In this document: in pieces, positions 1 to 10,891 of the stretch
Position numbering within the stretch: position 1 is the stretch's first letter
Layout: every line of letters begins with the position of its first letter
Source: Planctomycetaceae bacterium
GTDB lineage: Bacteria; Planctomycetota; Planctomycetia; Planctomycetales; Planctomycetaceae
Reading direction: 5' to 3'
Assembly (NCBI GenBank): GCA_037719765.1
Contig: JBBJME010000001.1
Span: 12,967 to 76,966, forward strand
DNA length: 64,000 nt
The notes under the pieces: model-generated
Databases searched by the model: none
The model's input: the letters and a program-made list of their open reading frames with translations, nothing else
Told to the model about the DNA's origin: nothing
Position numbers and translations under genes: made by a program

Positions 1-176
1 GAACATTGAGTGTTGATTGGTCAGCCATTGAAAGTCATTTCTTCATCAATCTGCCATGAAACGCAGAACCGCCCGCAGCATGCTGCAAGGCGGTTGCGAA
101 AACTGGTTGAAAGACAAGATTCATCCGGGGACTCTCGCCGAATGGCACTTGACGCCGCCCGGCTCGCCAGTGCTGG

Positions 177-1682
177 CTACAACGGCCGGACGACGGAAAT
201 CGGTCGCAGGTAATCATTCAGCGTATCAGGACTGACAACGCCGCCGCCCATTCCGCTCTTGCCGACACCGCCATACGGCACGCCGTGGACGATGACATTG
301 TGCGCGTTGATCCAGCCGTTTCCAGCGGTGAAGGCTTCGGCAATCCGAGCACAACGCTGCAGGTCACGCGACCACACGCTGTTGCCGAGTCCGTATTCCG
401 TATCATTCGCCAGCCGCAGACCTTCTTCTTCATTCGAAAACGGAGCCAGGAAAGCGACCGGACCAAAGATCTCTTCACGCGGCACGACGTTGTTCAGCGA
501 ACCAGCCAGGAGCGCGGCGACGTAGAAACCATTTCTGCCGGAACTTGTGCCTCCCCGCCTTCCAGGATCAAATCGGCTCCCCCGCCACGCCCTTATGCAG
601 GTAGCTCAGGACGCGCGCTCGCTGCTGGCACTGACCAGTGGTCCCATCTGCGCGTCGCTGTCCATCTGGTAACCAATCTGCACCGACTTCATACGCAGGA
701 TGCATTCATCCACAAAGTCGTCGTAAATGTCGCGTTGAATCAACCAGCGTGTCGCATCGCAGCAGACCTGTCCGCTGTGGAACGTAATGGCCTGGACGAG
801 CTTCTCCGCCGTTTCCTGAATATCCACGTCATTGAAAATCACGGCAGCACCCTTACCGCCGAGTTCACACTTCACGGGGATCAGGTTGCGTCCTGCAGCT
901 TCAGCCACCAGGCGACCGACTTCAGGTGAACCGGTGAAGCTCATGCGACGCAGTTTCGGATTCTGCGACAATGCCGCACCGGCAGTTTCACCGAGACCCG
1001 TGACGACGTTCAGCACACCAGCAGGCAGCAGTTCCAGTTCCTGAATGACCTTGCACAGATACAGGGCCGACAGCGGCGTGTCTTCCGCAGGCTTCAGGAC
1101 GCAGGTGTTGCCGACAGCCAGCGCCGGGGCAAGTCCCCAACCGGCGAGCAGGAACGGGAAGTTCCAGGGAATAATGAATCCACACGCGCCCCACGGATGA
1201 CGTGAAACCCATGCTTCGTGATTTTTAACGGCGATCACCTGACGATAATTGACAGCCTGCGAGAGGTCAGCAAAGTATCGAAACGTATCAATAAAGTTCT
1301 GAACGTCGCCGACGGCCTGAGTATAAATCTTACCACAGTCCAGTGCTTCGATGGTGGCGAATTCGTCACGACGCGCTTCGACAGCGTCCGCGATACGATG
1401 CAGACACGCCGCTCGTTCGGCCACCTGCATCTTTGCCCAGCCGCTGTTGTGGAATGCATCCACGGCCGCATCGACAGCCTTATCAACATCCGCTTTCTTC
1501 AGGCTGGTGACGGTGGCAAATTTGTCACCTGATCCCGGGTTGAGCACATCAAAGGTCAGTCCGTCTGCGGCTTCAACCCACCGTCCGCCAACAAAAGACT
1601 TATGCACAGGCGCGGCGAGAAACTTCGCCACAGCAGGTGCGAGTTCGGTATCCGTAGTTCGCTCGATCGAAGACGTCGACAT
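177..1682 (-). pseudogene. NAD(P)+-dependent aldehyde dehydrogenase, interrupted by an in-frame TGA at 606-608 and local frame slips at about 520-640
   Basis: ORFs 606..1766 and 177..485 are the N- and C-terminal parts of one ALDH (ELGGKGAAVIF, FHSGQVCCDATR catalytic-Cys region, EEIFGPV, PYGGVGKSGMG). The likely start is ATG 1680-1682 (MSTSSIE), preceded by AAGGAG. Both ORFs share one frame and are separated by TGA. Between them the ALDH-like residues (QQRARVLSYLHKGVAGE / GADLILEGGEAQ / GNGFYVAALLAG) are spread over all three frames. Confidence 0.8.
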
Positions 1683-1876
1683 CAGGAAACTCCTTGAATT
1701 GAAATGCTGCGGCATTCTGCCGCATAAACATGGGGCGGCACAAAACTTACGGAAACCCAGTGCCAATGCCGACGCATAATACCGTTCGTTCTGAGCGTTG
1801 GGAATTCCAGCAGGCGTTTCGATTCGAAATACCGGCCCGAAAATCTCTTCGCCGAGATCCCAGTGGTTTCAACTTG

Positions 1877-2641
1877 TTACAGCGGACGAAAACTGTGCAG
1901 CAGCACCAGAACGATCGCGGCCACGACGCCAACGCGGATGTTGTCGTTGATCCGTGAACGAACGGATTCTGCGAGAGCTGACGCGACGACTGCCGGTGAC
2001 GTCAGCAGCAGTGCGAATCCATATGAAACGGCTGGATCAGCGGCTTCCGGATTGTGTGTTTCCCCCCAGTAGATCCACGCCGTCATCAGGGAGCCGATCA
2101 CGATGAACCCCAACAGACCGCTCAATGACTTCGCTTGGTTCCACCAAAGCCGCGGTCCGCGAAAAGTGAGCCCCACCAGCGTCGCGGACCCATCGCCGAA
2201 CGCCAGAATCGCAAGGACCGCCAGTCCAAGTTCCAGATGACGCGGAAACAGAAACGCCGTCAACAGGACTGACAGCGAGTATCCGCCAACGGCCGCAAGT
2301 CCAACTCCTTCACCCTGACGCTGAATCTGCCGAAAGCCCAGCAGGATCCAGGCCGCAATCGCGATGCAGCAGCCCACGAAGATCAACTGCAGTGTCGGTG
2401 AAATCGGGTCTGCGTGAGACACCATGTGCAGCCCAAACGCGAGCAGCCCCGGTGACATATGCCAAAACCGGCGCTTGAGTTCACGGGATGGCAACCGATG
2501 AAACGTCCATGTGTCCGCACGCGATTGACGGACAGATGATGCCGAGTCCTGAGCCGAAACCGTCCCCAATTTGGAGGCTCGCGGTGTTCGTGTTCCGTTG
2601 TCTCTGAGCACACTCATCGCTGACTCCATGCTGAGCAACAT
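1877..2641 (-). CDS. Polytopic membrane protein, CTP-dependent polyprenol (dolichol/phytol) kinase / CdsA-superfamily-like
   Basis: Multiple hydrophobic segments. The C-terminal motif AFGDGSATLVGLTFRG...AKSLSGLLGF resembles the GD-x-A-x-VG...KS-x-G signature of the dolichol/phytol kinase branch. The functional call is tentative. Confidence 0.45.
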   Translation of the reverse strand: MLLSMESAMSVLRDNGTRTPRASKLGTVSAQDSASSVRQSRADTWTFHRLPSRELKRRFWHMSPGLLAFGLHMVSHADPISPTLQLIFVGCCIAIAAWILLGFRQIQRQGEGVGLAAVGGYSLSVLLTAFLFPRHLELGLAVLAILAFGDGSATLVGLTFRGPRLWWNQAKSLSGLLGFIVIGSLMTAWIYWGETHNPEAADPAVSYGFALLLTSPAVVASALAESVRSRINDNIRVGVVAAIVLVLLHSFRPL

Positions 2642-2923
2642 CCACTGTTCTGAATTATAGAATCCATCGATCTTCGAGCTCAGGCAATTCCAAAAAATCG
2701 CCGGAAATACGCCGCGAACCTACAGTTACCAGGGCAATGTCGAACCAGCGAGGTCGTCAACCTGCAGATTCTGCCGATCGCGTGGATTGCTGACGGACTC
2801 GCAGCACGTCCCATAATTCCCGCGACACGCTGGACAAGCAATGCTTGAACGTGACATGCTACGGAACTGACTTGATCGCCACTCAGCCTGGTGTTGCCTG
2901 TACGGTTCAAAACGGAAGAATCC

Positions 2924-5095
2924 ATGCCCATGCGAATCCGCGTCTTATTTGCTGTTGTCTCGATGCTGTTTTCACCCGCCCTTCTGAATGCTCAACTTGC
3001 CACACCGGCAGAAACTCCGATGACCAAACGCCCGATGACAGTCGAAGATCTGTTTCAGTTCAAACGTGTGGGAACACCCAATCTCAGTCCCGAAGGAGGC
3101 TGGGTGGCGTATGCGGTGTCGGAGATTACCGATTCGCAGCAGAACAAGACTCAGTCGCGATTGTGGCTGGTGCCGAGCGACGGCTCCATGTCGCCGCGAC
3201 AGTTGACGAACGGAACGGCTAAGGACACCAATCCCAAATGGTCACCGGACGGACGCTGGATTCTGTTTGAATCGACTCGATCGGGCAGCAGCCAGTTGTG
3301 GGTCATCAACCCTGTCGGTGGTGAGGCGCAACAGTTGACGAAGATCAGCACCGATGCGGCCAATGCGATCTGGTCGCCGGACGGAATGCACATCGCGTTC
3401 GTGTCCGCCGTTTCCCCGGAATTCTCTGAGATGCCCTTCGCCGAAAGTGATGCCGCGAATAAGAAAAAGGCCGATGAGATTGCCGCGTCGCCGGTCAAGG
3501 CCCGCGTCTTCAAACGCCTCTTCTACCGCCACTGGGACAGCTATGTCGAAGACAAACGTCAGCATTTGTTTGTCATTGATCTCAGTCTGAGCGAATCCGG
3601 AGATCTTGTGGCCAGCGATCCGCGCGACGTGACACCGGGGGATCGGGATGCCTATCCGACATCCACCACTTTCTCTGCGCCACAGGATTTTTGTTTCAGT
3701 CCGGACAGCAGTCACCTGATCTTCAATGCGGTGCCCGCGACCGATGAATCCTGGAGCACAAACTACGACCTGTGCCGGGTTCCCGCCAGCGGCGGCACCA
3801 CGGAATGGCAGACACTGACTGACAACAATCCTGCGGCGGACGGTCATCCTGTGTTTTCTCCCGATGGGACCAAACTGGCGTATCGGGCTCAGCGGAAGGC
3901 GGGTTACGAAGCGGACAAGTGGGAAATCATGATTGCCGAATGCAATGCGGACGGCACGCTGATCAGTAACACGAAATCCATGACGGCTGAAGTCGATCTG
4001 TCCTTCGATGAACTTGTGTGGCGTGGCAATGATCAGATGATCACGGCGGCCGAATCCAACGGTTCCAGGGCGCTGTTCAGTCTCTCACTGAATACTCCGA
4101 ACATTGTCGAACGCGGGCAGTCAGTCGGCACATCCGGAAGCTTGAGTATTTCCAGAGACGGTAACACGCTCGTCTGCAGTAACACGCGAATGACTCATCC
4201 TGCTGACATCTACCGGGTGCGACTGGAAGATTCATTCCTGCGATCCAAAGCTCCGGGCGACAATCTGTCCCATTCAAACGACACGCTGTTGGCTGAACTG
4301 GAGCTGCCGCAGCCTGAAAGCGTCACGGTTGACGGCGCGGATGGCGATCCGATGCAGATGTGGATCCTGCTGCCACCCGGGTTTGACAAATCAAAGAAGT
4401 GGCCGCTCGCGTTCCTGGTGCATGGCGGTCCGCAGGGAGCGTGGGCCGACAACTGGAGCTACCGCTGGAATCCCGAAGTCTGGGCCGCCCAGGGTTATGT
4501 CGTCGCGATGCCCAATCCGCGTGGCAGCACGGGCTTTGGCCAGAAGTACACCGACCAGATTAGTGGCGACTGGGGCGGTCGATGTTACATCGATCTGCTG
4601 GCCGGGCTGGCGTTCATGGAACAGCAGAACTCTATCGACGCCAACCGCATGTTCTCCGCTGGAGCGTCGTTCGGCGGTTATATGATGAACTGGTTTCAGG
4701 GGAATACGACGAAATTCAAAACGCTGGTGACTCACTGCGGCGTCTATAATTTCGACAGCATGTACCTGACGACAGAAGAACTCTGGTTTGACGAATATGA
4801 ACACGGTGGACCACCGTGGGGCGAGAATCGCGAATCTTACGAGAAGCATTCGCCGCACAAATACGCCGCACACTTCAAGACCCCGATGCTCATCATCCAC
4901 AACGATCTCGACTTTCGCGTCCCTGTCAGCGAAGGACAGCAACTCTTCACCGCGTTGCAGCGTCAGGGAGTGCCCAGCAAATTCATCAACTTCCCGGATG
5001 AAGGCCACTGGGTGAACAAAGCCGCAAACAGTCGATTCTGGCACAATGAAATTTTCGCATGGATCCAGCAATACTGCCCCGGCGGCGGGCGGTAG
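2924..5095 (+). CDS. S9 family serine peptidase (acylaminoacyl-peptidase / dipeptidyl-peptidase-like) with N-terminal TolB-like beta-propeller
   Basis: Signal-peptide-like start MPMRIRVLFAVVSMLFSPALLNAQ (ATG 2924, GGAAG upstream). Repeated SPDG propeller motifs. Catalytic-triad contexts GASFGGYM (Ser), HNDLDFRVP (Asp) and DEGHWV (His). Confidence 0.85.
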   Translation: MPMRIRVLFAVVSMLFSPALLNAQLATPAETPMTKRPMTVEDLFQFKRVGTPNLSPEGGWVAYAVSEITDSQQNKTQSRLWLVPSDGSMSPRQLTNGTAKDTNPKWSPDGRWILFESTRSGSSQLWVINPVGGEAQQLTKISTDAANAIWSPDGMHIAFVSAVSPEFSEMPFAESDAANKKKADEIAASPVKARVFKRLFYRHWDSYVEDKRQHLFVIDLSLSESGDLVASDPRDVTPGDRDAYPTSTTFSAPQDFCFSPDSSHLIFNAVPATDESWSTNYDLCRVPASGGTTEWQTLTDNNPAADGHPVFSPDGTKLAYRAQRKAGYEADKWEIMIAECNADGTLISNTKSMTAEVDLSFDELVWRGNDQMITAAESNGSRALFSLSLNTPNIVERGQSVGTSGSLSISRDGNTLVCSNTRMTHPADIYRVRLEDSFLRSKAPGDNLSHSNDTLLAELELPQPESVTVDGADGDPMQMWILLPPGFDKSKKWPLAFLVHGGPQGAWADNWSYRWNPEVWAAQGYVVAMPNPRGSTGFGQKYTDQISGDWGGRCYIDLLAGLAFMEQQNSIDANRMFSAGASFGGYMMNWFQGNTTKFKTLVTHCGVYNFDSMYLTTEELWFDEYEHGGPPWGENRESYEKHSPHKYAAHFKTPMLIIHNDLDFRVPVSEGQQLFTALQRQGVPSKFINFPDEGHWVNKAANSRFWHNEIFAWIQQYCPGGGR

Positions 5096-5117
5096 CGAGG
5101 GCTGTCGATTCAGTGAT

Positions 5118-7061
5118 TCAAACGTTCTTTGCCACTTTCGCGGCCTCTGTTGCCACAGGCGGCGGAACGGCTTTGAACATCACAGTGGCCAGCGGCGGCA
5201 CGGTGATGACAATGCTGGCGGGCTTGCCATGGGCTGGCGCAGCTTTGGAATAGACGCCGCCCTGATTGCCGAGCCCCGCGCCGCCGTACCAGTCGGCATC
5301 ACTGTTAAAGATTTCTTTGTAGTAGCCTGCGCAAGGGGCACCCAGGCGATAATTGTCTCGAGGCGCAGGCGTCAGATTGCTGATCACCAGAACGGTCTCA
5401 CGCTGATCAGGTGTCTGACGCATGTAGGCGATGACGCAGTTTGTATGATCGTCTCCCACCAGCCACTGAAATCCTTCCGGTAAAACGTCGCCTTCGTGCA
5501 GAGCGGGCTCGTTAATGTACAGGCGATTCAGATCGCAGATCATCCGACGAATGCCTTCGTGCGTGTCGAAGGTTCGCAGAATCCAGTCAATCTCAGCGTC
5601 GTGGTTCCATTCCGTCCACTGACCGATCTCCGTCCCCATGAACTGCAGTTTCTTGCCAGGTGCTGCGAACTGCCCGGACAGGAGGACGCGCAGATTTGCA
5701 AATTTCTGCCATGTGTCGCCGGACATCTGAGACAGCAGCGACTGCTTTCCATGAACGACTTCGTCATGCGACAGCGGCAGCACGAAGTTTTCTGAAAACG
5801 CATAGATGCCACGGAACGTCAGGTCATTCAGATGATACTGACGATGAACGGGATCGCGCCGCATGAATCGCAGCGTGTCGTTCATCCACCCCATATCCCA
5901 CTTCATTGTGAAACCAAGACCACCGGTGTAGCAGGGCCGTGACACACCCGGCCAGGCGGTGGATTCTTCCGCAATGCTCATGGTGCCAGGGAATTCCGCA
6001 TGCATCAGTGTGTTGAACTGCCGCAGGAAATCGATGGCGTGCAGGTTTTCTCGTCCCCCGTACTGATTTGGAATCCATTGCCCTGAATCACGCGAATAAT
6101 CAAGGTAAAGCATCGACGCCACGTCATCGACACGAATTCCGTCGATGTGGTACACGTCACACCAGAACCGGGCGCTGGAAATCAGGAACTCTGTCACTTC
6201 CCGCCGACCATAGTTGAAGATCAGGGTGTTCCAGTCGGGATGATATCCCAGTCGCGGGTCAGAATGTTCATACAGGCAAGTCCCGTCGAACATGGCCAGC
6301 CCATGTGTGTCGGTCGGGAAGTGTCCGGGAACCCAGTCGATCAGCACACCGATGCCACGCTGGTGCATATGATTGACGAAATACTGAAAGTCATGCGGCG
6401 ATCCGAATCGTGCGGTGGGCGCGAAGTAACCGGTCGTCTGATACCCCCACGATCCGTCGAACGGATGTTCGGTGATCGGCATCAACTGCACATGTGTGTA
6501 ACCCACTTCAAGGACATAGTCGGCGAGGGCATGAGCCAGTTCGCGGTAGTTGAAAAATGTGCGTCCATCGTGAGGTCGCTTCCATGACGCAAGGTGGACT
6601 TCGTACATCGACACGGGCGCTTTGAGCCAGTTCGTCTGATCTCGTTTCTGCAGCCAGTCCTGATCGTTCCACTGAAAATCGCGAAGGCTCCAGACGATAG
6701 AAGCCGTTTGCGGGCGCATCTCATGGTAAAACGCGACGGGGTCCGTTTTTTCGAGCAAATGCCCGCTTTGAGTTCTGATCGCGTACTTGTAGCGAGTTCC
6801 CGGCAGGACGCCCTTGATGACGCCGTGCCAGACACCGTTGTCGCTGGAATCCAGCCAGTCGCGGCCTGCAGTCCAGCCGTTGCCGTCCGTGATGACAGAC
6901 ACTTCACGAGCATTCGGAGCCCAGACGGCGAATCGGACACCACCGTCGACCAGATGCGCGCCCCAGTAACGGTACAGAGTTGTCGCATCGGCCGCCTGAC
7001 CAAATGTGCCAGGCTGGTTAACCGCAGAAGGTGCTGGCAGTGTTGTTGTATGTTTTGACAT
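5118..7061 (-). CDS. glgB: 1,4-alpha-glucan branching enzyme
   Basis: Full-length GH13 branching-enzyme pattern: [12 protein letters not shown]-domain, [50 protein letters not shown]. Confidence 0.95.
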   Translation of the reverse strand: MSKHTTTLPAPSAVNQPGTFGQAADATTLYRYWGAHLVDGGVRFAVWAPNAREVSVITDGNGWTAGRDWLDSSDNGVWHGVIKGVLPGTRYKYAIRTQSGHLLEKTDPVAFYHEMRPQTASIVWSLRDFQWNDQDWLQKRDQTNWLKAPVSMYEVHLASWKRPHDGRTFFNYRELAHALADYVLEVGYTHVQLMPITEHPFDGSWGYQTTGYFAPTARFGSPHDFQYFVNHMHQRGIGVLIDWVPGHFPTDTHGLAMFDGTCLYEHSDPRLGYHPDWNTLIFNYGRREVTEFLISSARFWCDVYHIDGIRVDDVASMLYLDYSRDSGQWIPNQYGGRENLHAIDFLRQFNTLMHAEFPGTMSIAEESTAWPGVSRPCYTGGLGFTMKWDMGWMNDTLRFMRRDPVHRQYHLNDLTFRGIYAFSENFVLPLSHDEVVHGKQSLLSQMSGDTWQKFANLRVLLSGQFAAPGKKLQFMGTEIGQWTEWNHDAEIDWILRTFDTHEGIRRMICDLNRLYINEPALHEGDVLPEGFQWLVGDDHTNCVIAYMRQTPDQRETVLVISNLTPAPRDNYRLGAPCAGYYKEIFNSDADWYGGAGLGNQGGVYSKAAPAHGKPASIVITVPPLATVMFKAVPPPVATEAAKVAKNV

Positions 7062-7223
7062 GGCGTCTTATGGCAAGGCCGAAGAAATGAAAGGATGGTG
7101 ATTGCCGACGATCCCTTGCGACAACGAACGTGGGAATTGTCTTCGAGATCAATAAGAGACACAACTGGAAGTGCGAATTCGATTCTGACGATTCTCAAAC
7201 AGATCATATTTCGAACATGAACT

Positions 7224-10076
7224 TTAACGATCACCTTCAGGCTGCCCCGCTGTCCGTCTCCGATTTTCCCACAGGCGAGTGAACAAGCGACTGAACTGTG
7301 GACCCGATGCGGGACTGCTGTTGGCCGCGGTTTCCGCTTCCGAATCGGCCGCAGCCGCCGCTCGCCTGGAGCGGGCGTCCGGTGCCATTTGAAGGGCCAC
7401 GACAGCCGAATCGGTGACCGCTGTCCTGTCATCCAGCCGTCGTCTTGCGCGCGAAATCAGCGTATCTGAATCGGGGATCACCTCTGCATCTGGCGAGAAA
7501 ACGCGTTCGGTGCTGCCAGCTTCGCTGTCCGAAGCTCTGCCTGACTGCTGGAATTGCCGCAGGTCAGCGCGCAGTCCGGTAACCGATTCCACAATCGGAA
7601 AGACATCCTGGTCGCTGGAAATTCCCGCTGACAGCAAGTCCCAATCAATTTTTTCGATCGGGATCGGGAGCGTGAAGAATCCGCCCTGGTTAAGCGTTGT
7701 GACAGGTTCCGGTTGTGTATGAGCAGTTTTGTCGACAGCGTCCCCGATGATTCCAGAATGCTGATCGACTGTTTCTGCAGCGTCGGGCGAATCGCCGCCA
7801 CCCGCATGAGAAAAAATCAGCTGGCCATCATGCCAGATCTTGAGTCCAGCGAATGCTGGTGACGTTTCGGCACTGACCAGCACTTCTGCTTCTGCGTCGA
7901 TCGCAGTGTGAGTCGCATCTTCAGACACATCGGCTTCCAGACAGTCACGGTCCGGTTCGTCGCACGCCGCCTGATTGTTGAGTCGAAGCGGCGATTCGCG
8001 GTGATCATTCTGTGGTGCTGCCTGACCTGGAATCTCGTGAACAGCAACAGCACATGGCGCGCTGCGGAACAATTCAAACGATCCTGCTTCCCGGCTGGCC
8101 GAACGATGCAGGATCTCGTCAATCAGAATTGAATCCGTTGTGCGTGTGATCAGGATCTGATCCATCGAAGCCGTTTGTCGCCCTGATGCCGTCTGTAAAC
8201 ACAGCGTGGACATCTGATTTGTGGCCAGCATTCCGTAGTCCGCCAGCATTAATTGTTTTGACTTCGTCTGCGAGACAACGGAACTGACTCCGGAGGGAAC
8301 TTCTCGTCCGAGCGCAAGCCATGTGTAGCGATCAAAGACCGGCGTTCGATTCGACATGCGCGAATCGCCGAGATCGACAAATCCAAAATTTGCCGCACGT
8401 CCTGATGCTGCCACAATCCGTTTTCCTGCCGGCTGGCCCGGTAGCACTCGTTCAGGTTCCGGTGATTTCTCGGTGAATTCTGCCTGTTCAACAGTCGCTG
8501 AAGTTGCGACTGCTGTGGCTTCGTTTGGTGCGACCACGACGTCCGATCGAGTAGCCTCCGAATGCCCTTCATTTCCATCGATCCAGACAATTTCCGGGTC
8601 GGCGATTTGGGCTAGGGTTGACGATGAATGGATGGGTGGTATTGGACTTGAGGTGTCCGGAAACCAAATAAAGCCCCATGGCTCATGTTCAAACTCACCG
8701 CATGAATTCAGCAGATCCACAATATCACTGTCGTCAACATTTTCAATGCAAATGCTGTCTTCTGAAGACTCCGCAAGAAAACGACGGCCAACTTCAAATG
8801 GTGCCGAGGCTTCCTGTCTGAAAGTGACTTGCTGAGACCTGGCGAAATCAGCAATCGACTGCGGGACGCCGAATTCGAACACCGACGGCTCTTTCACCTC
8901 ACACTCGGGTGGAGCGACAGAGTCTGGTTCACGGTCCGCAACTTCAATCGTCGGTTCGATTTCGATCGATCCGGCTGCCACGGTTGATGGTGCGGTCGAC
9001 GCCACGGTTGATGGTTCTGCTGGATGAACTTCTGTCGCGGCCCTGGATGGTCCCCCGAATTCGATCACGCCCGGAGAAAGTGTGGCTCGCGTCGGAGTCT
9101 GTCTATTGACGGTCGCATTCACGGTCGTATTAACCGCCAGCAGCGTGGTCTGACCAATCGGTTCTTCGGGAGAGTCTTCGTCTTCTGGTACTGTTGACTC
9201 GGTCATGTCGGCATGGGGCGAAACATTCCAGTTGTAATGCAGGTGCTGCAGGCGACCAAGTGCCGTGCGCACCGACTGCTCATTTGCCGGCTTCTCACTG
9301 CATTCCGCAGCCACGACGAGCGTTTCGTCTGCAAGCAGACTCAGACAACGCGGAATGCCGTCTGCTGCCGCGGCAATCAGTTCGAGCGCAGGAGTCGTCA
9401 GGATCTGAGATAACCGGCAGCCGGCACGTTCAATCTGTTCCTGCAGGAAGCGGATGGATTCGACAGACTTCAATGGCTGCAGGAATGCATGACATCGGAT
9501 TCGGCGACCGAATTCAGCATACTCTGATCTCGCAAGTTGTTCTTCAAACGAAATTGGTGCCGACACCAGACAACGTACCAGATCGCGACCGTTCCATTCT
9601 TCTTCTGTACAGGCTCGCAATTCGTTCAGTACCGGGAGTGGCACCAGATGAACGTCATCAATCAACAGCAGGATTGGTCCCCAGAGTTCCGCCGTGCGCT
9701 TCATGAGTTCCATGGCAGACGATCGCGTTGCCCGTAACGCGGGATCTGCGGCGCTTGGCGTTGTGGTACTCTCGCTGCCTGCTTTCATGCGAGATGCCTG
9801 CAACAAAACGCTCATCAGATCGACGGACGTCCCGAGGCTGGCCCCTGAGCAGACGATTACGCGGCCTTCATTCGACAATTGCTGCTGAATGTGACGCAGA
9901 AATGAAGTCTTGCCGCTGCCGGGGACTCCTGTCAAAACGGCTATCCCCAGATCCGATCGCAGCGCGTGCAGCAACTGCGGCAGGATCGCGCGGATCGATT
10001 CCGAGACGAAGAATGCTCGAGAAGCATCTGCGGACTGGAATGGCTGGCGGTGAAATCCAAAATGCGTTTCGTACAT
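7224..10076 (-). CDS. ExeA/GspA-like AAA+ ATPase with a ~650-aa acidic low-complexity C-terminal extension
   Basis: The N-terminus MYETHFGFHRQPF...LTGVPGSGKTSFL (Walker A) and LLLIDDVH (Walker B) is typical of the ExeA-like family. The remainder is D/E/S/T/A/P-rich with no domain I recognise. ATG at 10074-10076; the track ORF opens at an upstream TTG. Confidence 0.7.
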   Translation of the reverse strand: MYETHFGFHRQPFQSADASRAFFVSESIRAILPQLLHALRSDLGIAVLTGVPGSGKTSFLRHIQQQLSNEGRVIVCSGASLGTSVDLMSVLLQASRMKAGSESTTTPSAADPALRATRSSAMELMKRTAELWGPILLLIDDVHLVPLPVLNELRACTEEEWNGRDLVRCLVSAPISFEEQLARSEYAEFGRRIRCHAFLQPLKSVESIRFLQEQIERAGCRLSQILTTPALELIAAAADGIPRCLSLLADETLVVAAECSEKPANEQSVRTALGRLQHLHYNWNVSPHADMTESTVPEDEDSPEEPIGQTTLLAVNTTVNATVNRQTPTRATLSPGVIEFGGPSRAATEVHPAEPSTVASTAPSTVAAGSIEIEPTIEVADREPDSVAPPECEVKEPSVFEFGVPQSIADFARSQQVTFRQEASAPFEVGRRFLAESSEDSICIENVDDSDIVDLLNSCGEFEHEPWGFIWFPDTSSPIPPIHSSSTLAQIADPEIVWIDGNEGHSEATRSDVVVAPNEATAVATSATVEQAEFTEKSPEPERVLPGQPAGKRIVAASGRAANFGFVDLGDSRMSNRTPVFDRYTWLALGREVPSGVSSVVSQTKSKQLMLADYGMLATNQMSTLCLQTASGRQTASMDQILITRTTDSILIDEILHRSASREAGSFELFRSAPCAVAVHEIPGQAAPQNDHRESPLRLNNQAACDEPDRDCLEADVSEDATHTAIDAEAEVLVSAETSPAFAGLKIWHDGQLIFSHAGGGDSPDAAETVDQHSGIIGDAVDKTAHTQPEPVTTLNQGGFFTLPIPIEKIDWDLLSAGISSDQDVFPIVESVTGLRADLRQFQQSGRASDSEAGSTERVFSPDAEVIPDSDTLISRARRRLDDRTAVTDSAVVALQMAPDARSRRAAAAADSEAETAANSSPASGPQFSRLFTRLWENRRRTAGQPEGDR

Positions 10077-10234
10077 AACCAATCCGTCCCTGGATGCTGG
10101 CGATGTTCCGGCAAAATATGCCGGTGCCCTCGTCGCGCGGTGTTCTCCCGTGTCATCATCGAACGAGAATAACCGTATTCTTTAGCGCAACCGCTTTGCG
10201 TGGCAAAGGCGAGCCATCCAGAACAGATTCGGCT

Positions 10235-10672
10235 CTACGCAAGTCGGCCCAGACCGCCAATTGCCTGGACTGTCTGCTTTGCCAGTCGTGTCCTAAGATT
10301 GCGCAACCGATACAAGGTCGCCGCTGTCGTACGTCTTTCGCGTGAATCAGCCTGTTTGCATTCAGAAACAGCAACTTCCAGCCGAGACACTGAATCTGCA
10401 CACGCCTGCCAGAAGGCAGGTGACGATTCAACGGACCGCAGCTCGCGGACCAGGGCGATCTCACACATTCGTTGTGATTCGGGAAGCGCCGACTTCATCG
10501 TGCGACAGAGTTCAATTGTATCACGCAGCATTTCTGCCAGCGCCGACCGCGATTTGTCCGCCGCGGACGTTTCTGACGCTGGCAAGCTGCCCAACAACGC
10601 TCCGTTGCGACTCACGATACTCGCTGCCGCGAAACTCAAGAATGACTGCAACGCCCGACGTCGATTGATCAT
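10235..10672 (-). CDS. Small Tat-signal protein, helical, 4 Cys, function unknown
   Basis: ATG 10670-10672 is preceded by AGGAGAG. The N-terminus MINRRRALQSFLSFAAASIV has a twin-arginine motif. I recognise no family. Confidence 0.5.
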   Translation of the reverse strand: MINRRRALQSFLSFAAASIVSRNGALLGSLPASETSAADKSRSALAEMLRDTIELCRTMKSALPESQRMCEIALVRELRSVESSPAFWQACADSVSRLEVAVSECKQADSRERRTTAATLYRLRNLRTRLAKQTVQAIGGLGRLA

Positions 10673-10891
10673 CGCTGCTCTCCTGCTCTCAAAGGTCAAC
10701 TTCGGGCAAAACCCACACTGCCCGATGCTGACGTTTTAGCAGGTCGGGCGGTTCTATGGGAGTCGATCCCTCAATTAATGCAATTTCCCCGCCTCTGAAC
10801 CGCTGTAACCGCGTTCGCGGTCAACGGACACGTCCCGAATTGCCTTGAGTACATTTGTCGTCTGCGCAGGTCGACCCGGCTCAGGTCGCAG

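Noticed and set aside
1-176. Edge ORFs: a possible gene start at 28 (minus strand, MADQSTLNV... running off the window) and a 13-codon C-terminal fragment ending with TAA at 63959-63961 (minus strand)
   Set aside because: They are too short to assign or even to confirm as coding. ORFs 10..213 and 35..217 have no supporting features.
606-608. The in-frame TGA in the aldehyde dehydrogenase as selenocysteine or programmed read-through
   Set aside because: The codon is not at the catalytic Cys. The flanking ~100 nt only look ALDH-like when read in shifted frames, so the TGA is most simply exposed by frameshifts. I saw no obvious SECIS-like hairpin immediately downstream, although I could not fold it rigorously.
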